Below the pieces are notes generated by a model, which saw only the letters and a program-made list of their open reading frames with translations, was not told the DNA's origin and made no database searches. Both the position numbers and the translations under genes were made by a program. Below, piece after piece: positions 1-11,093 of a DNA stretch of 64,000 nt; the first letter of the stretch is position 1; each line of letters begins with the position of its first letter. This DNA comes from an uncultured Gammaproteobacteria bacterium (GTDB lineage Bacteria > Pseudomonadota > Gammaproteobacteria > Steroidobacterales > Steroidobacteraceae): the NCBI GenBank assembly GCA_963819835.1, contig CAWFXR010000004.1, positions 86,443 through 150,442 on the forward strand, in the 5' to 3' direction.

Positions 1-1344
1 CTCGAGCATCTTCTTCGCCTGCCGCGCCTCGTACGCCCTGATGGCGGTATAGGTGGCCCAGCCGATCAGTGCCGAACCGACCAGGAAGATACCGTAGGCG
101 ACAGGCCACCGGATGCCCAGGTCGCCGGACATCATCGTGTACTCCGACATGCCGCCAATGCCGGCCAGGATGTTGATCGGCACGAAGATGATGCTGATGG
201 TGGTCAGCTTCGAGACGCGCTTGTTCTGGTTGATGTTGATGAAGCCGACCGTGGCGTCCATCAGGAAGTTGATCTTGCCGAACAGGTAGGTGGTATGACC
301 GTCCAGCGACTCGATGTCGCGCACGATCTGCCGCGCCTCCTCGAACTGCTGCGGTGTGAGGAACTTGCCGCGCATCAGGAATGACAGCGCGCGCCGCGTG
401 TCGAGGGCATTCTGGCGTATGCGGCCGTTCAAGTCCTCGGTGCGGGCGATCTCGGAGAGAATCTGGGCCGCCGCATCGTCGGTCACCTGCGGGTTCAGCA
501 CGCGCTTGCCGACGTGCTCGAATTCCGCGTAGACCTCCTCCAGCACGTCCGCCGAGTACTCGACGTCGGCCGCGTACAGGTCGAGCAGCACGTCCTTGCC
601 TTCGGTCACGTAGCCGGGCTGCGTCCGCGCTCGCAGTCGCTGAAGGCGGAACACCGGCAGTTCTTCCTTGCGCACCGAGAAAAGGACGTCCTTGTGCAGG
701 ATGAACGCTACCGCGACATTCTGCGTTCCGTCGTCAGTGTCGAGCAGGAAATCCGAGTGAAGGTGGATCTCGCCATTGTCCTCGACGTAGAAGCGGGCGC
801 TGGCTTCGAGGTCGGTGAGGCTGTCGGGGTCCGGCAACGCGAGACCGAAATACTCGCCGACCCAGTAGCGCATCTCCGCCGAAGGCGCCACGAGGTCCAC
901 CCAGATCGGTTTGACGTTGGCGAGGTCCGACCGCCTCGAGACCTTCACCTGCCGAAGCCGGCCTTCGTGCAACTCAAAGGCGTTCAGCGCGATCTTCTCG
1001 CTCTGGTGCTTCGAGGCGTTCAGCAGCTCCTCGCGAACCTCGTCGTCCAGCAGCAGCAGGATGCCGTCGAGGCGATCCACCTTGATCTGCTCCCAGGCAA
1101 GCAGCCGGTCCTCCTCGGAGAGCGCCTCGAGGATGCGCGCGGCGTCGACCGCGTCCAGCCGGTTCAGCAACTGGCCGAGCTCTGCGAGGTGTTGCCGGTG
1201 CACCAGCGTTTCCACCAGCTCGTGCCTGGGCATTTCCTGGCGATTGACCAGGTTTTCGACCAGCCGATGGCGCGACAGCAGGCGCTGCGCCTCGTTCAGG
1301 TGCTCAGTCAGCCGGTCGAAATCCGAGTCTGAATGCGGCTCCAC
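1..1344 (-). CDS. CorA-superfamily divalent-cation transporter-like protein; C-terminal end runs off the left edge
   Basis: Own minus-strand translation; absent from the ORF track because no stop lies in the window. GTG start at 1344. N-terminal MgtE-N-like helical region (LNRLDAVDAARILEALSEEDRLLAWEQI). Two C-terminal TM helices with loop IFVPINILAGIGGMSEY where CorA has YGMNF. Confidence 0.75.
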   Translation of the reverse strand, partial: MEPHSDSDFDRLTEHLNEAQRLLSRHRLVENLVNRQEMPRHELVETLVHRQHLAELGQLLNRLDAVDAARILEALSEEDRLLAWEQIKVDRLDGILLLLDDEVREELLNASKHQSEKIALNAFELHEGRLRQVKVSRRSDLANVKPIWVDLVAPSAEMRYWVGEYFGLALPDPDSLTDLEASARFYVEDNGEIHLHSDFLLDTDDGTQNVAVAFILHKDVLFSVRKEELPVFRLQRLRARTQPGYVTEGKDVLLDLYAADVEYSADVLEEVYAEFEHVGKRVLNPQVTDDAAAQILSEIARTEDLNGRIRQNALDTRRALSFLMRGKFLTPQQFEEARQIVRDIESLDGHTTYLFGKINFLMDATVGFININQNKRVSKLTTISIIFVPINILAGIGGMSEYTMMSGDLGIRWPVAYGIFLVGSALIGWATYTAIRAYEARQAKKMLE

Positions 1345-1529
1345 GGTTCCTGCTTCCCGGGGCTGGTGTGCTGGCCGCGAGCATAGCCGAAGACAGTGGA
1401 TCCCGCCCCCTCGGCGTCGCCGTCATTCCGTCCGGTGCCGGCATATCCCGCCGATCGCGGCCGTCGCACGGTCGCGCGATTTCGACAGCTGATCAACCGG
1501 CCGGCTCGGGTTCAGCGAGCCCGATCGCC

Positions 1530-1994
1530 TCAAGGCTGCCGGTCGGGCGGCGTCGGCCACTGGCGCTCGAGCCGATCGTCGACTTCGCCGATGCAGGCGG
1601 AGAGAGTATTCGTCGCGGCGGCAATCTCCCCGTGCAGGCGCTCCGCACCGGCCAGCTGTTCCTGCCTGAGCGACGCAAGCTGCTGGCCGATGTAGGCTCG
1701 AAGCTCGGTGAATCGCGATGCCTCGGCCTGGTCCGCGAGCTCGCGTTGCCGGCGCAGCTCCTCGGCCTGCTTGCGACCGTCCGACAGTGCGTTGATCTGC
1801 ACCTTCAGCGCGTAGAAGAGCAGCACCGCCGCAAGCGCCGCGGTAAAGCCGAGCATTACGAGTCCGAGGGGCGCATCGACGCTGGTGACCACCAGTGACA
1901 GGTGCGTGGGCGTGACGAACGTGCTCCAGTTGACCACGGCGAACAGGGCCAGCAAACCACTGACGACGAGGACAAGAATCGTTCGGGTGCTCAT
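1530..1994 (-). CDS. LapA/DUF1049-like inner-membrane protein with coiled-coil tail
   Basis: 154 aa ORF with two N-terminal TM helices followed by a charged helical region. Strong GAGGAG Shine-Dalgarno sits 6 nt before the ATG at 1994. Confidence 0.55.
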   Translation of the reverse strand: MSTRTILVLVVSGLLALFAVVNWSTFVTPTHLSLVVTSVDAPLGLVMLGFTAALAAVLLFYALKVQINALSDGRKQAEELRRQRELADQAEASRFTELRAYIGQQLASLRQEQLAGAERLHGEIAAATNTLSACIGEVDDRLERQWPTPPDRQP

Positions 1995-2120
1995 GTTAGT
2001 CTCCTCGTCGACCGTCCCAATATGCTATTCCTCGTCGGGCGGCAAGTCATTGCCGCAGCCCGCGTCATCGCCAAACGGCGTTCCGGCTGCGGCGGGATGC
2101 ATCCACCTCGAGGAACATTG

Positions 2121-2810
2121 ATGCCAGCGGCAAACCAGTATCTCGAGGGTAAGCGCGTATTGATCACGCAGGCCGACACATTCGTGGGGCCGGTGCTGTG
2201 CGAGGTGTTCCGCGAGCATGGCGCCACCGTGATCGCCGATACGCAGACGCTCGCCGATCCGGACGCCCCGTCCGCGCTGGTCGCGGCCACCGGGCGGGTC
2301 GACGTGCTCATTGCGAACCTGGCCGTGCCAGCCGCCAGCACTCCCGCGGTCGATGTGACGGACGAGGAATGGCGACATGTGTTCTCGCACGTGGTCGATC
2401 CGTTGCCGCGACTGCTGCGAGCGGTCCTGCCGCAGATGATCGAGCGGCACGCCGGAAAGATCCTGGTCATGGGCAGCGCATCGGCACTGCGCGGCATGAA
2501 GCGCGCCTCCAGCTACAGCGCTGCACGCGGCGCGCAACTCGCTTACGTCCAGGCGGTGGGCGTCGAGCTTGCGGCCCACGGGATCCAGGTCAATGCGATC
2601 GCGAATAATTTCGTCGACACCGTGACCTATTTCCCCCCGGAGATACAGTCCAACCCGCGCTTCCAGGAACGGCTGAAGCGGGAGGTCCCGCTCGGGCGGC
2701 TGGTATCGCCACGCGAGGACGCGGAGTTTGCCGCTTATCTTTGCTCGGACCACGCCAACTGCTTCGTGGGCCAGGTGTTTCCCGTGTCCGGCGGATGGGT
2801 GGCTCGCTGA
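2121..2810 (+). CDS. SDR-family oxidoreductase
   Basis: Internal ATG at 2121 preceded by GAGGAA. Rossmann N-terminus, catalytic S...YxxxK-type region (SSYSAARGAQ) and typical SDR C-terminus (VSGGW). Confidence 0.8.
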   Translation: MPAANQYLEGKRVLITQADTFVGPVLCEVFREHGATVIADTQTLADPDAPSALVAATGRVDVLIANLAVPAASTPAVDVTDEEWRHVFSHVVDPLPRLLRAVLPQMIERHAGKILVMGSASALRGMKRASSYSAARGAQLAYVQAVGVELAAHGIQVNAIANNFVDTVTYFPPEIQSNPRFQERLKREVPLGRLVSPREDAEFAAYLCSDHANCFVGQVFPVSGGWVAR

Positions 2811-2880
2811 CGCCTCGGACCTTGACCGGATGCGCATTTCACGCTAGACGACGGGCATGAACCTCGCGGGGAGAGAGCTG

Positions 2881-3960
2881 ATGTCGACCGGAAACCATTA
2901 CGTCTGCGACCTCGACAGCATGGACTGGTCCGTGGCGCAGGACTTCGAGGCCAACTTCCGCTGGGAATACGACGACGGCCGCGAATCGCTGCTGAAGCTG
3001 TACCGCAAGGGCAAGCGCCAGCAGTGGGACTCGGACTATCGCATCGACTGGTCGCAGGACATTGATCCCGAGAACCCGGCCGGCCTGCCCGACGAGATGA
3101 TCTCGATCTACGGCTCGCCGGCCTGGCACCGGATGGACGCGAAGGAACGCACCCGCCTCCGGCACCACATCCAGGCATGGCAGATGTCGCAGTTCCTGCA
3201 CGGCGAGCAGGGCGCGCTGGTGTGCGCGGCGAAGATCGTGCAGCAGGTACCGAACATCGACGCAAAATTCTACGGCGCCACGCAGGTAATGGACGAGGCA
3301 CGCCACGTGGAGGCGTTCTCGCGGCTGCTGCACGAAAAATACGAGATGGTCTACCCGATCAATCCGTACCTGAAGAGCCTGATCGACGACACGCTGCGCG
3401 ACTCGCGGTGGGACGTCACCTACCTCGGCATGCAGGTGCTGATCGAGGGCGTGGCGCTCGCTGCGTTCGGCCTGATACGGGACTACGCGGGTAACCCGCT
3501 GGCCAAGTCCGTCACCGCATACGTCATGCAGGACGAGGCGCGGCACGTGGCTTTCGGCCGGCTCGCGTTGCGCGACTACTACCCGCAACTCACCGCGAAG
3601 GAACGCGACGAGCGCGAAGAGTTCGTCGTCGAGGGCTGCTACCTGCTGCGCGACCGGTTCCTCGGCGACGAGGTCTGGGAACAGATGGGCCTGCCGATGG
3701 CAGAATGCAAGGATTGGGTGGATCACTCGGAACTGATGCGCGTGTACCGGACCAGCCTGTTCGCTCGAATCGTTCCGACGATCAAGGACATCGGCCTGTG
3801 GGGGCCGCGGGTGCGCAAGGCCTACGCCGACATGGGCATCCTCGGGTTCGCCGAGGGCGATGTCGAGGAAATGGGGCTGCGCGACGAGGAAATCGCGCGC
3901 GACCTCGATGCAAGATTGAAGGACATCTCGAATACCGCGGCAGCGGCCGCGTCGGCGTGA
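2881..3960 (+). CDS. Ferritin-like diiron-carboxylate oxygenase (AurF / R2 / desaturase-like)
   Basis: Two EARH (ExxH) motifs: MDEARHVEAF and MQDEARHVAF. ATG at 2881 has a GGAGAGAG SD; an alternative ATG lies at 2857. Confidence 0.75.
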   Translation: MSTGNHYVCDLDSMDWSVAQDFEANFRWEYDDGRESLLKLYRKGKRQQWDSDYRIDWSQDIDPENPAGLPDEMISIYGSPAWHRMDAKERTRLRHHIQAWQMSQFLHGEQGALVCAAKIVQQVPNIDAKFYGATQVMDEARHVEAFSRLLHEKYEMVYPINPYLKSLIDDTLRDSRWDVTYLGMQVLIEGVALAAFGLIRDYAGNPLAKSVTAYVMQDEARHVAFGRLALRDYYPQLTAKERDEREEFVVEGCYLLRDRFLGDEVWEQMGLPMAECKDWVDHSELMRVYRTSLFARIVPTIKDIGLWGPRVRKAYADMGILGFAEGDVEEMGLRDEEIARDLDARLKDISNTAAAAASA

Positions 3961-4952
3961 TGGATTGGCACCAGGATTTCGTCACCGTCGAGAACGGCCC
4001 GATCACGCTCAACGTTGCCGTTGCCGGACAGGGACCGTTGATCCTGTGCGTGCACGGCTGGCCCGAGCTCGCGTATTCGTGGCGACACCAGGTCGAGCAT
4101 TTCGCTGCGCACGGCTACCGGGTCGCGGCGCTCGACGTGCGCGGCTACGGCGGCAGCAGCAAGCCGCGCGAGATCGCCGACTACTCGCTGCGTAAGCTTG
4201 CGTCGGACGTCGTCGCCGTGATCGACCGGCTGGGCGACGGCAAGGCGATCATCTTCGGTCACGACTGGGGGGCGCCGATCTCCTGGACGACAGCATTGCT
4301 GCATCCGGGCCGGGTGTCGGCGGTGGCACTGCTCAGCGTCCCGTACATCCCATTGGGCGAGATGTCGTTCATCGACATGATGCAGGTCATGTACCGGGAC
4401 CGCTTCTTCTACCAGCTTTATTTCCAGCCGGAAGGCGTCGCCGAGGCAGAACTCGAGGCCGATCCGGGCACCTCGCTGCGCAAAGTCTATTTCGCGTGGT
4501 CGGGCTCGGCGCCGGCCGACCAGTGGTCGACGCGCAAGCCGCCCGATGCGCGGCTGCTCGACGGCCTGACCGACCCGCAGGCCATGCCGGACTGGATGAG
4601 CGCACGCGACTTCGACGTCTTCGTGGAGGCATTTCGCGCGGGCGGGTTTCGCGGCCCGCTGAATCGCTACCGGGCCCAGAACATCGACTACGCGGAGTCG
4701 AAGGAATTGATCGGCAAGCCACTGTCCCAGCCGTCCTGCTTCATCGGCGGTGAACGCGACATGGCGCGCTCATTGATCCCCGGCATGGACCTCTATGCGG
4801 ATCCCGGGGTCGGCTGCGCCGATTTCCGCGGCTCGACGATATTGCCAGGCATCGGCCACTGGGTGCAGCAGGAAGCCCCCACCGAGACGAACGCCGCACT
4901 CGAGCGCTTCCTGGCGACCCTGCAGCGACCGCCCGCGACGCCTCCGAAGTAG
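3960..4952 (+). CDS. Alpha/beta hydrolase, epoxide-hydrolase-like
   Basis: HGWPE oxyanion motif and GHDWG nucleophile elbow. The start overlaps the upstream stop (TGATG). Confidence 0.85.
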   Translation: MDWHQDFVTVENGPITLNVAVAGQGPLILCVHGWPELAYSWRHQVEHFAAHGYRVAALDVRGYGGSSKPREIADYSLRKLASDVVAVIDRLGDGKAIIFGHDWGAPISWTTALLHPGRVSAVALLSVPYIPLGEMSFIDMMQVMYRDRFFYQLYFQPEGVAEAELEADPGTSLRKVYFAWSGSAPADQWSTRKPPDARLLDGLTDPQAMPDWMSARDFDVFVEAFRAGGFRGPLNRYRAQNIDYAESKELIGKPLSQPSCFIGGERDMARSLIPGMDLYADPGVGCADFRGSTILPGIGHWVQQEAPTETNAALERFLATLQRPPATPPK

Positions 4953-4990
4953 AGTGACGGCAATTTCCCGCGCTATCCGGACGTCGATGG

Positions 4991-5662
4991 ATGATCGCGA
5001 CCGCTGACAGCACAGGCGCTTTCAAGCCCAGCCTGCGTGGCGTCCTGCACCAGTGGGCCGCAGTGTACGCGGTCGGTGCCGGCACCACGCTCGTAGCAAT
5101 TGCACCGACCACACAGGCGCGTCTCGCTGCGGCGATCTACGCTGGCAGCCTGGTGCTCCTGCTCACGATCAGCGCCGTCTACCATCGGTTCGAGTGGACA
5201 CTGCCCGCGCGCACCTGGCTGCGGCGCGCAGACCACGCGTCGATTTTCCTGCTGATCGGCGGCTCGTACACGCCGATCGCGATGCTCGCGCTCGGCGGCG
5301 ACACCGGCCGCCACCTGCTGCTCGCAATCTGGTGCGGTGTCGCACTCGGTGTGCTGGTATCGATGCTCTGGCCCGGCGCGCCGAAGTGGGTCACTGCGGC
5401 AATTGCGGTCGCGGTCGGGTGGACACTGGCGCCCTACTTAGGCGCGGTCGGCCGGGCGATGAGTGCCATCGAGATCTGGTTGATCGCGCTTGGTGGCGCA
5501 GCCTACACGCTCGGTGCACTGGTATACGCGACGAAGCGTCCTGACCCCTGGCCACGCACCTTCGGCTACCACGAGATCTTCCACGCGCTGACGCTGGTCG
5601 GCGCGGGGCTGCATTACGCGGCGTTGGCGCTGATCGTGCTCGCCGCCGCGTCGTGCAATTGA
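4991..5662 (+). CDS. Hemolysin III / PAQR family membrane protein
   Basis: 223 aa with 7 predicted TM segments and conserved RADHASIF and YHEIFH motifs. Confidence 0.85.
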   Translation: MIATADSTGAFKPSLRGVLHQWAAVYAVGAGTTLVAIAPTTQARLAAAIYAGSLVLLLTISAVYHRFEWTLPARTWLRRADHASIFLLIGGSYTPIAMLALGGDTGRHLLLAIWCGVALGVLVSMLWPGAPKWVTAAIAVAVGWTLAPYLGAVGRAMSAIEIWLIALGGAAYTLGALVYATKRPDPWPRTFGYHEIFHALTLVGAGLHYAALALIVLAAASCN

Positions 5663-5671
5663 CCGGAAGGC

Positions 5672-5697
5672 CGGCAGCCGGTCGACGCCAGCTGCCG
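5672..5697. terminator. Candidate bidirectional hairpin between convergent genes
   Basis: 7 bp stem CGGCAGC/GCTGCCG with a 12 nt loop. There is no U tract. Confidence 0.25.
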
Positions 5698-5711
5698 ACA
5701 CGGGACCGATA

Positions 5712-6290
5712 TCAGGCAGCCCTTGCCGTCACCGCTTCCCAGTCAACCACTTTCCAGAATGCTTCGACGTAGCTCGGCCGGGCATTCCGGTAGTCGATGT
5801 AGTACGCGTGCTCCCAGACGTCGCAGGTCAGCAGCGGCCGGTCTTTCCCGGTGAGCGGAGTTGCGGCGTTCGAGGTCGAGACCAGCGCCAGCCCGCCGCC
5901 CTCCTTCTGCACCAGCCACGCCCAGCCGGACCCGAACGTGCCGACGGCGGTCTTGGTAAATTCATCGACGAACTGCGCAAAGCTTCCGAACGATGCCTTG
6001 ATCTGGTCGGCCAGGCGGCCCTTTGGCTCGCCGCCACCGCGGGGCGACAGCCCCTCCCAGTAGAACGTGTGGTTCCAGACCTGGGCGGAGTTGTTGAACA
6101 CCGGCCCGGACGACGCACGAACGATGTCCTCGAGGGAGGCTTTCTCGAAGTCCGTTCCGAGCACCAGCTTGTTCAGGTTCGTGACGTATGCCTGGTGATG
6201 CTTGCCATAGTGATAGTCGATTGTCTCGGCCGAAATGTGCGGAGCCAGAGCGTCACGGGCATACGGCAGCGCGGGTAACAGGATTGCCAT
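5712..6290 (-). CDS. sodB: Fe-type superoxide dismutase
   Basis: Full-length, 192 aa from the internal ATG at 6290. Motifs [20 protein letters not shown] and DVWEHAYY; the Gln position is Fe-type. Confidence 0.95.
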   Translation of the reverse strand: MAILLPALPYARDALAPHISAETIDYHYGKHHQAYVTNLNKLVLGTDFEKASLEDIVRASSGPVFNNSAQVWNHTFYWEGLSPRGGGEPKGRLADQIKASFGSFAQFVDEFTKTAVGTFGSGWAWLVQKEGGGLALVSTSNAATPLTGKDRPLLTCDVWEHAYYIDYRNARPSYVEAFWKVVDWEAVTARAA

Positions 6291-6430
6291 GTGTTTGTTC
6301 CTCCAGGGTCGCCTTGTGGAAGCCGGCCGGGTTGGGGCCGTGGCCTCCGGAATCACCCGATATTACGCGACGGCCAACCCCGTCGCCCGCGAAATCGCGA
6401 CACTCAGGCCGGATACCGGTGTCGAACGGG

Positions 6431-8035
6431 TTACGACTCCAGCCCCTGGCTATCGAGGTACTCGTCGTAGCTGCCGGTGAAGTCCGAGAAGCTCCCGTCG
6501 GGCTTCAGCTCGATCATGCGGGTCGCGAGACCCGCGACGAACTCACGATCGTGCGAGACGAAAACCAGCGTGCCGGGGTATTTCTCCAGCCCGATCTGCA
6601 GCGACTCGATGGTTTCCATGTCCATGTGGTTCGTAGGTTCGTCGAGCAACATGACATTTGGTCGAGTCAGCATCAGCTTACCGTAGATCATGCGGCCCTT
6701 CTCGCCGCCGGAGAGCACCTTCACCGACTTCTTCGTCTCGTCGCCGGAGAACAGCAGCCGACCGAGCGTCGCGCGCACGATCTGCTCGTCGTCCGCCTTG
6801 CCGGTCCAGGTCGACATCCAGTTGAAGAGGTCCGCCTTGGCCTCGAATTCGGCCTGCGGATCCTGCGGCATGTAGCCCGGCTGCGCGTTCTCCACCCAGG
6901 TTATCCGGCCCGACGTCGGTTGCAGGTCGCCGGCCAGGCAGCGCATCAACGTCGTCTTGCCGATGCCGTTGGGACCGATGATCGCGACGCGCTGCTCCGC
7001 CTCGATGGTGAAGGAAAGATTCGTGAACACGTCGGCGTCCGCACCTGGGTAACGGAACGAGAGCTTCTCGACCGTGACGGCCGAGCGGTAGAGCTTCTTC
7101 GCCTGCTCGAAACGGATGTAGGGATTCTGCCGCGACGATGGGCGGATCTCCTCGATCTTGATCTTCTCGATCTGGCGCCTGCGAGAGGTCGCCTGGCGAG
7201 CCTTCGACGCGTTGGCCGAGAATCGCCGCACGAATTCCTGCAGGTCCGAGATCTGCGCTTTCGCCTTGGCGTTGGCGGACTCGACCCGCTGCCGGGCCTG
7301 CACCGAGGCCAGCATGAAGTCGTCGTAGTTGCCGGGATAGATCTTCAGCTGCTGGTAATCGAGGTCCGCGATGTGGGTGCAGACCTGGTTCAGGAAATGC
7401 CGATCGTGGCTGATGATGATCATCGTCGCGTCGTACGCATTCAACGTGCGTTCCAGCCAGCCGATCGAGTGGATGTCGAGGTTGTTGGTCGGCTCGTCGA
7501 GCAGCAGCACGTCCGGGCGGGAGAACAGCGCCTGCGCGAGCAGCACGCGCAGCTTCAGGCCCGGGGGGATCTCGCGCATCGGCAGGTCGTGCTTGGACTC
7601 CTCGATGCCGGCGTCGATCAGGATCGCGCCCGCCCTCGCCTCCGCCGTGTATCCGTCGTACTCGGCGACCAGGCCCTCGAGCTCTGCCGCCTTCATGTAG
7701 TCCGCGTCGGTGGCATCGGGATTGGCGTAGATGCGGTCCCGCTCGTGCATCGCCCGCCACAGCTCGACGTGACCCTGCATCACCACGTCCAGCACACGTT
7801 CGTCCTCGTATGCGAACTGGTTCTGGTTCAACTTGCCCATGCGCATGCCCGTCTGCAGCACGACTTCGCCTGCGCTGGGCTCGAGTTCCCCGCCCAGCAT
7901 CTTCATCAGCGTCGACTTTCCGCTGCCGTTTGCGCCGATCAGTCCATATCGATTGCCGTCGCCGAACTTGACCGAGACGTGCTCGAACAAGGGCTTGGCG
8001 TCGAACTGGATGGCGAGATTGGTCGTCGAGAGCAT
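6431..8035 (-). CDS. ybiT: ABC-F family ATPase (YbiT-like)
   Basis: 534 aa from [11 protein letters not shown]. Two Walker A motifs ([16 protein letters not shown]) and two LSGGE signatures. Collinear with my recollection of E. coli YbiT. Confidence 0.9.
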   Translation of the reverse strand: MLSTTNLAIQFDAKPLFEHVSVKFGDGNRYGLIGANGSGKSTLMKMLGGELEPSAGEVVLQTGMRMGKLNQNQFAYEDERVLDVVMQGHVELWRAMHERDRIYANPDATDADYMKAAELEGLVAEYDGYTAEARAGAILIDAGIEESKHDLPMREIPPGLKLRVLLAQALFSRPDVLLLDEPTNNLDIHSIGWLERTLNAYDATMIIISHDRHFLNQVCTHIADLDYQQLKIYPGNYDDFMLASVQARQRVESANAKAKAQISDLQEFVRRFSANASKARQATSRRRQIEKIKIEEIRPSSRQNPYIRFEQAKKLYRSAVTVEKLSFRYPGADADVFTNLSFTIEAEQRVAIIGPNGIGKTTLMRCLAGDLQPTSGRITWVENAQPGYMPQDPQAEFEAKADLFNWMSTWTGKADDEQIVRATLGRLLFSGDETKKSVKVLSGGEKGRMIYGKLMLTRPNVMLLDEPTNHMDMETIESLQIGLEKYPGTLVFVSHDREFVAGLATRMIELKPDGSFSDFTGSYDEYLDSQGLES

Positions 8036-8247
8036 GGTTGCCCGCAGGAAAAAGGAGGGGGGTGTTTGGCCGGGCGATGGCCGGCCGCGCAGTTTAGCCG
8101 ACTCGGGCGCTCGTCGCCGGCCAAACGGCGCCGTTCGCCTGTGTTTCCGCCGGAACCGGTCCTGCCGCGCCTGACCCGGCCCCGGCCGCACCAGGATCGC
8201 CCATGATACTGTTTGCCGGTAGGCCGGCCCTGGACGAGCGCATTCCA

Positions 8248-10074
8248 ATGATCCCGCTGCCATCACCGCACGCCGCCGCCGCACTGGGCATCACCGTGGT
8301 CGCATTCGCCGCGTTCGCGAACCCACGGCTGCGGCTGGAACTGGTCTGCCTGCTGCTGATAGCGGTGCTGGCGCTGTTCTTCTACCTGTTCCCGCTCGAC
8401 GGGTCGGGCGGACTCACCGGGATGGAAATCGCGTTCGGAGGATTCGGCCACGAGGCGCTGGTCGCGATCTGTTGCCTGATGATCCTGGGTCGAGGCCTGA
8501 TGGTCACCGGCGCGCTGGATCCGGCTGCCCGGCTGCTGAGCCGCTTGTGGCGGTACAGCAATACGCTCGGCATGCTGTTCGCGCTGCTGGTCTGCATGGC
8601 CATCAGCATGTTCATCAACGACACGCCGGTGCTGGTGTTGACGCTGCCGATCCTGCTGACGATTGCCGTGCGCGCGAACATCGCAGCTTCGCAGACACTG
8701 ATGCCGGTCAACTGCGCGATCCTGATCGGCGGCATGGCGACCACCTTCGGCACCTCGACCAACGTGCTGGTGGTCACGATGGCGAGCGACCTCGGACTGG
8801 CGCCGATCGGCGTGTTTTCGTTCACCGGCATCGCGCTGAGCGCCGGCCTGGTGGCGCTGCCCTACCTCTGGCTGGTCATGCCCCGACTGCTTCCCGCCAC
8901 AGCCAACAGTGAGTCGGTTGCAGCGCGCGAATACCGCGCCGTGCTCCATGCCGGCCCGGGCGGCAAGCCGCCCGCCGCCTCCCCGGGTGAAGCCAAGGCG
9001 CGTATCGGCGCCGGCGCACGCGTGATCGGCGTGCTGCGATCGAGCGGCGAACTGCTCAGCGGCGACGATGAGTTCCGCCTGGACGCCACCGACAGCATCG
9101 TGATCGAAGGCAGCCTGGACCAGTTGCGGGAGGCGAGCGAGCAGCTGCGCGCGCCGCTCGCGGCCCACACGGTGCTGGACAGCATGAGGACGACCGGCGT
9201 CAAGGATGTCGAGGACGAGGAAATTGCGGAGCTGGTCATCGGGGCCGATTCGGGACTGGTCGGGCGCAGCGTAAAGCAGGCGGAGGTCGCCGATCGCTAC
9301 GGAACGGCGGTCATCGGCCTTGCCCGCGCGACGCCGCTGGCATCGCAGACACACTCGACGCCGCACCAGGAACCGCTGCAGGTCGGGGACGTGCTGCTGG
9401 TGCGCGGTCCGCGTGCGAAGCTCGCCAACCTCGAGCGCGGTGAAGGCGCGCTGCTGCTGCAGGGGGGCGTGGAACTGCCGCGCAGCTCGAAGGCACCGCT
9501 GGCGCTGGTCATCGTCGCGGCAGTAGTAGTGGTCGCGGCAACCAAGATGATGCCGATCGCGCTTGCATCGCTCGCCGGCGTGATCGCGATGCTGGTCACG
9601 GGCTGCGTGCGCTTCGAGCGACTGGGCCGCGCGCTGAGCCTCGAGGTGATCGTGCTGGTCGCCGCGAGCATTGCGCTTGGCCGCACGATCGTCGAAACAG
9701 GGGCGGCGGAGTGGCTTGCGTCGGTCTTCGCAATGGCGTTGAGAGGAGTTCCGCCAGCCGTCGCGATCGGCGCGCTGATGACCTTCGCGGCCATCTTGAC
9801 GAATTTCGTTTCCAACGTCGCCGCCGCAGGTATCAGCACGCCGCTGGCGGTCAGTCTCGCCACGCAGTTGGGCGCGCCCGCCGAGCCATTCGTGCTGGCG
9901 GTGCTGTTCGGCTGCAACGTCTGCTACGTGACGCCGATGGCCTATCAGACCAACCTGCTCATCATGAGCGCGGCCGGCTATCAGTTCAGGGATTTCGTCC
10001 GCGCGGGACTGCCGCTGGCGGTGTTGATGGTCGTCACGCTGTCGATCCTGCTGGTCCGGCGATACGGCCTGTAG
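8248..10074 (+). CDS. SLC13/DASS-family permease with two central TrkA-C domains
   Basis: Multi-TM N- and C-terminal halves flank a soluble ~170 aa repeat region. An alternative ATG lies at 8203. Confidence 0.8.
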   Translation: MIPLPSPHAAAALGITVVAFAAFANPRLRLELVCLLLIAVLALFFYLFPLDGSGGLTGMEIAFGGFGHEALVAICCLMILGRGLMVTGALDPAARLLSRLWRYSNTLGMLFALLVCMAISMFINDTPVLVLTLPILLTIAVRANIAASQTLMPVNCAILIGGMATTFGTSTNVLVVTMASDLGLAPIGVFSFTGIALSAGLVALPYLWLVMPRLLPATANSESVAAREYRAVLHAGPGGKPPAASPGEAKARIGAGARVIGVLRSSGELLSGDDEFRLDATDSIVIEGSLDQLREASEQLRAPLAAHTVLDSMRTTGVKDVEDEEIAELVIGADSGLVGRSVKQAEVADRYGTAVIGLARATPLASQTHSTPHQEPLQVGDVLLVRGPRAKLANLERGEGALLLQGGVELPRSSKAPLALVIVAAVVVVAATKMMPIALASLAGVIAMLVTGCVRFERLGRALSLEVIVLVAASIALGRTIVETGAAEWLASVFAMALRGVPPAVAIGALMTFAAILTNFVSNVAAAGISTPLAVSLATQLGAPAEPFVLAVLFGCNVCYVTPMAYQTNLLIMSAAGYQFRDFVRAGLPLAVLMVVTLSILLVRRYGL

Positions 10075-10106
10075 CCGGCTCAGTTGCCGCAGGTTGCATG
10101 ACTGAC

Positions 10107-10796
10107 CTAGTGGATCAGCCCGTCCCGGCGCAGCCGGTCCGCCATCGGCGTCGTGACGGACGACATGCTTCGTTCGCGAAAGTCGCTGGACTGCGCCTTC
10201 GTGTCCATCGTGTAGACGACCTTCGGACCCTGCGTCGCGTAGACCTTGGTCGTGACTTCCGCCGTACCCGAGAGCGTGGTGACCGGAGGCGTCGCGACGA
10301 AGTCCCCGTAGATCACCGGCACGCCGTACATGCCGTAGTAACCGTAGGCGTAACCGGCGTCCGTCGCCTTGTAGTTTGCAGTACCACGCGTATCCCTGCC
10401 TCCGCCTTCCTCTGCTTTCCACTCCCTGGCGACGAGGCTGGTCGCCACGACGGCGTCGACCTTGAGCCATTCGACCGCGTCCTGGATGCTCTCGAGCGTC
10501 AGCGGATCGACCTTGGTCACGGCATCGCAACTTGCGACCGCCTTGGTCGTGGCGCCGTTCAGCTTCGCGGCCAGGAAGCGTTCCCAACGGCATCGCTGGT
10601 CGATGTCAGGCGTGATGCCCACGACCAGCACGCGCGCGAACGTCAAGTCGTGTGGCACGCCTTCCTGCCACGAGCCCGTGACCTTGACCTTCTCGGCGGC
10701 ATGGCCGGGAGAAAGCCACGCCACGCCAATGAGCAACATCACCAGCCCGGATAGTGCGTTGGTGAGCCGCAGTTGACCGAAGACTCTGGTCTGCAA
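10107..10796 (-). CDS. Secreted hypothetical protein
   Basis: Downstream part of a 549 aa ORF; the upstream part overlaps the plus-strand gene at 11094. TTG at 10796 has an AGGAG SD 7 nt upstream. Signal peptide ends ...WLSPGHA. Confidence 0.5.
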   Translation of the reverse strand: MQTRVFGQLRLTNALSGLVMLLIGVAWLSPGHAAEKVKVTGSWQEGVPHDLTFARVLVVGITPDIDQRCRWERFLAAKLNGATTKAVASCDAVTKVDPLTLESIQDAVEWLKVDAVVATSLVAREWKAEEGGGRDTRGTANYKATDAGYAYGYYGMYGVPVIYGDFVATPPVTTLSGTAEVTTKVYATQGPKVVYTMDTKAQSSDFRERSMSSVTTPMADRLRRDGLIH

Positions 10797-11093
10797 GGCA
10801 TGCTCCTGTAATGAGCCGATGGATCGCGGGAAATCTGTGCGCCCCGCTCGCGGCACGACGGCCGACGAACCGGCTGATAGCTTACCGCGCGATGGGTGCG
10901 GTATGCGGAAAATCGGGCTCTCGCGTAAACAGGTCGGTCGCCCGACCCCGGTGCGGCGGCTTCGCCGAAAATAGGGCTCCGCGGTCGTTTCCTGGCCGCT
11001 GCAGCAGGGTGTACGCTTGCCCCAGACTGGGAGTGAGCGGGGCCCGGCAACCGCGGACCCCGGCGCATCCCGGGACAGCCAGGGGGACTCCGC

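Noticed and set aside
8263-10593. 776 aa minus-strand ORF antisense to the SLC13 permease. Similar long antisense ORFs occur at 6188-8206 (+), 12289-14652 (+), 19108-21513 (+) and 28541-30637 (-).
   Set aside because: Their products are Arg/Gly/His/Pro-rich and low-complexity, with no recognisable motifs. Each mirrors a well-supported conserved gene on the opposite strand. This is the usual stop-codon-poor antisense frame of high-GC DNA.
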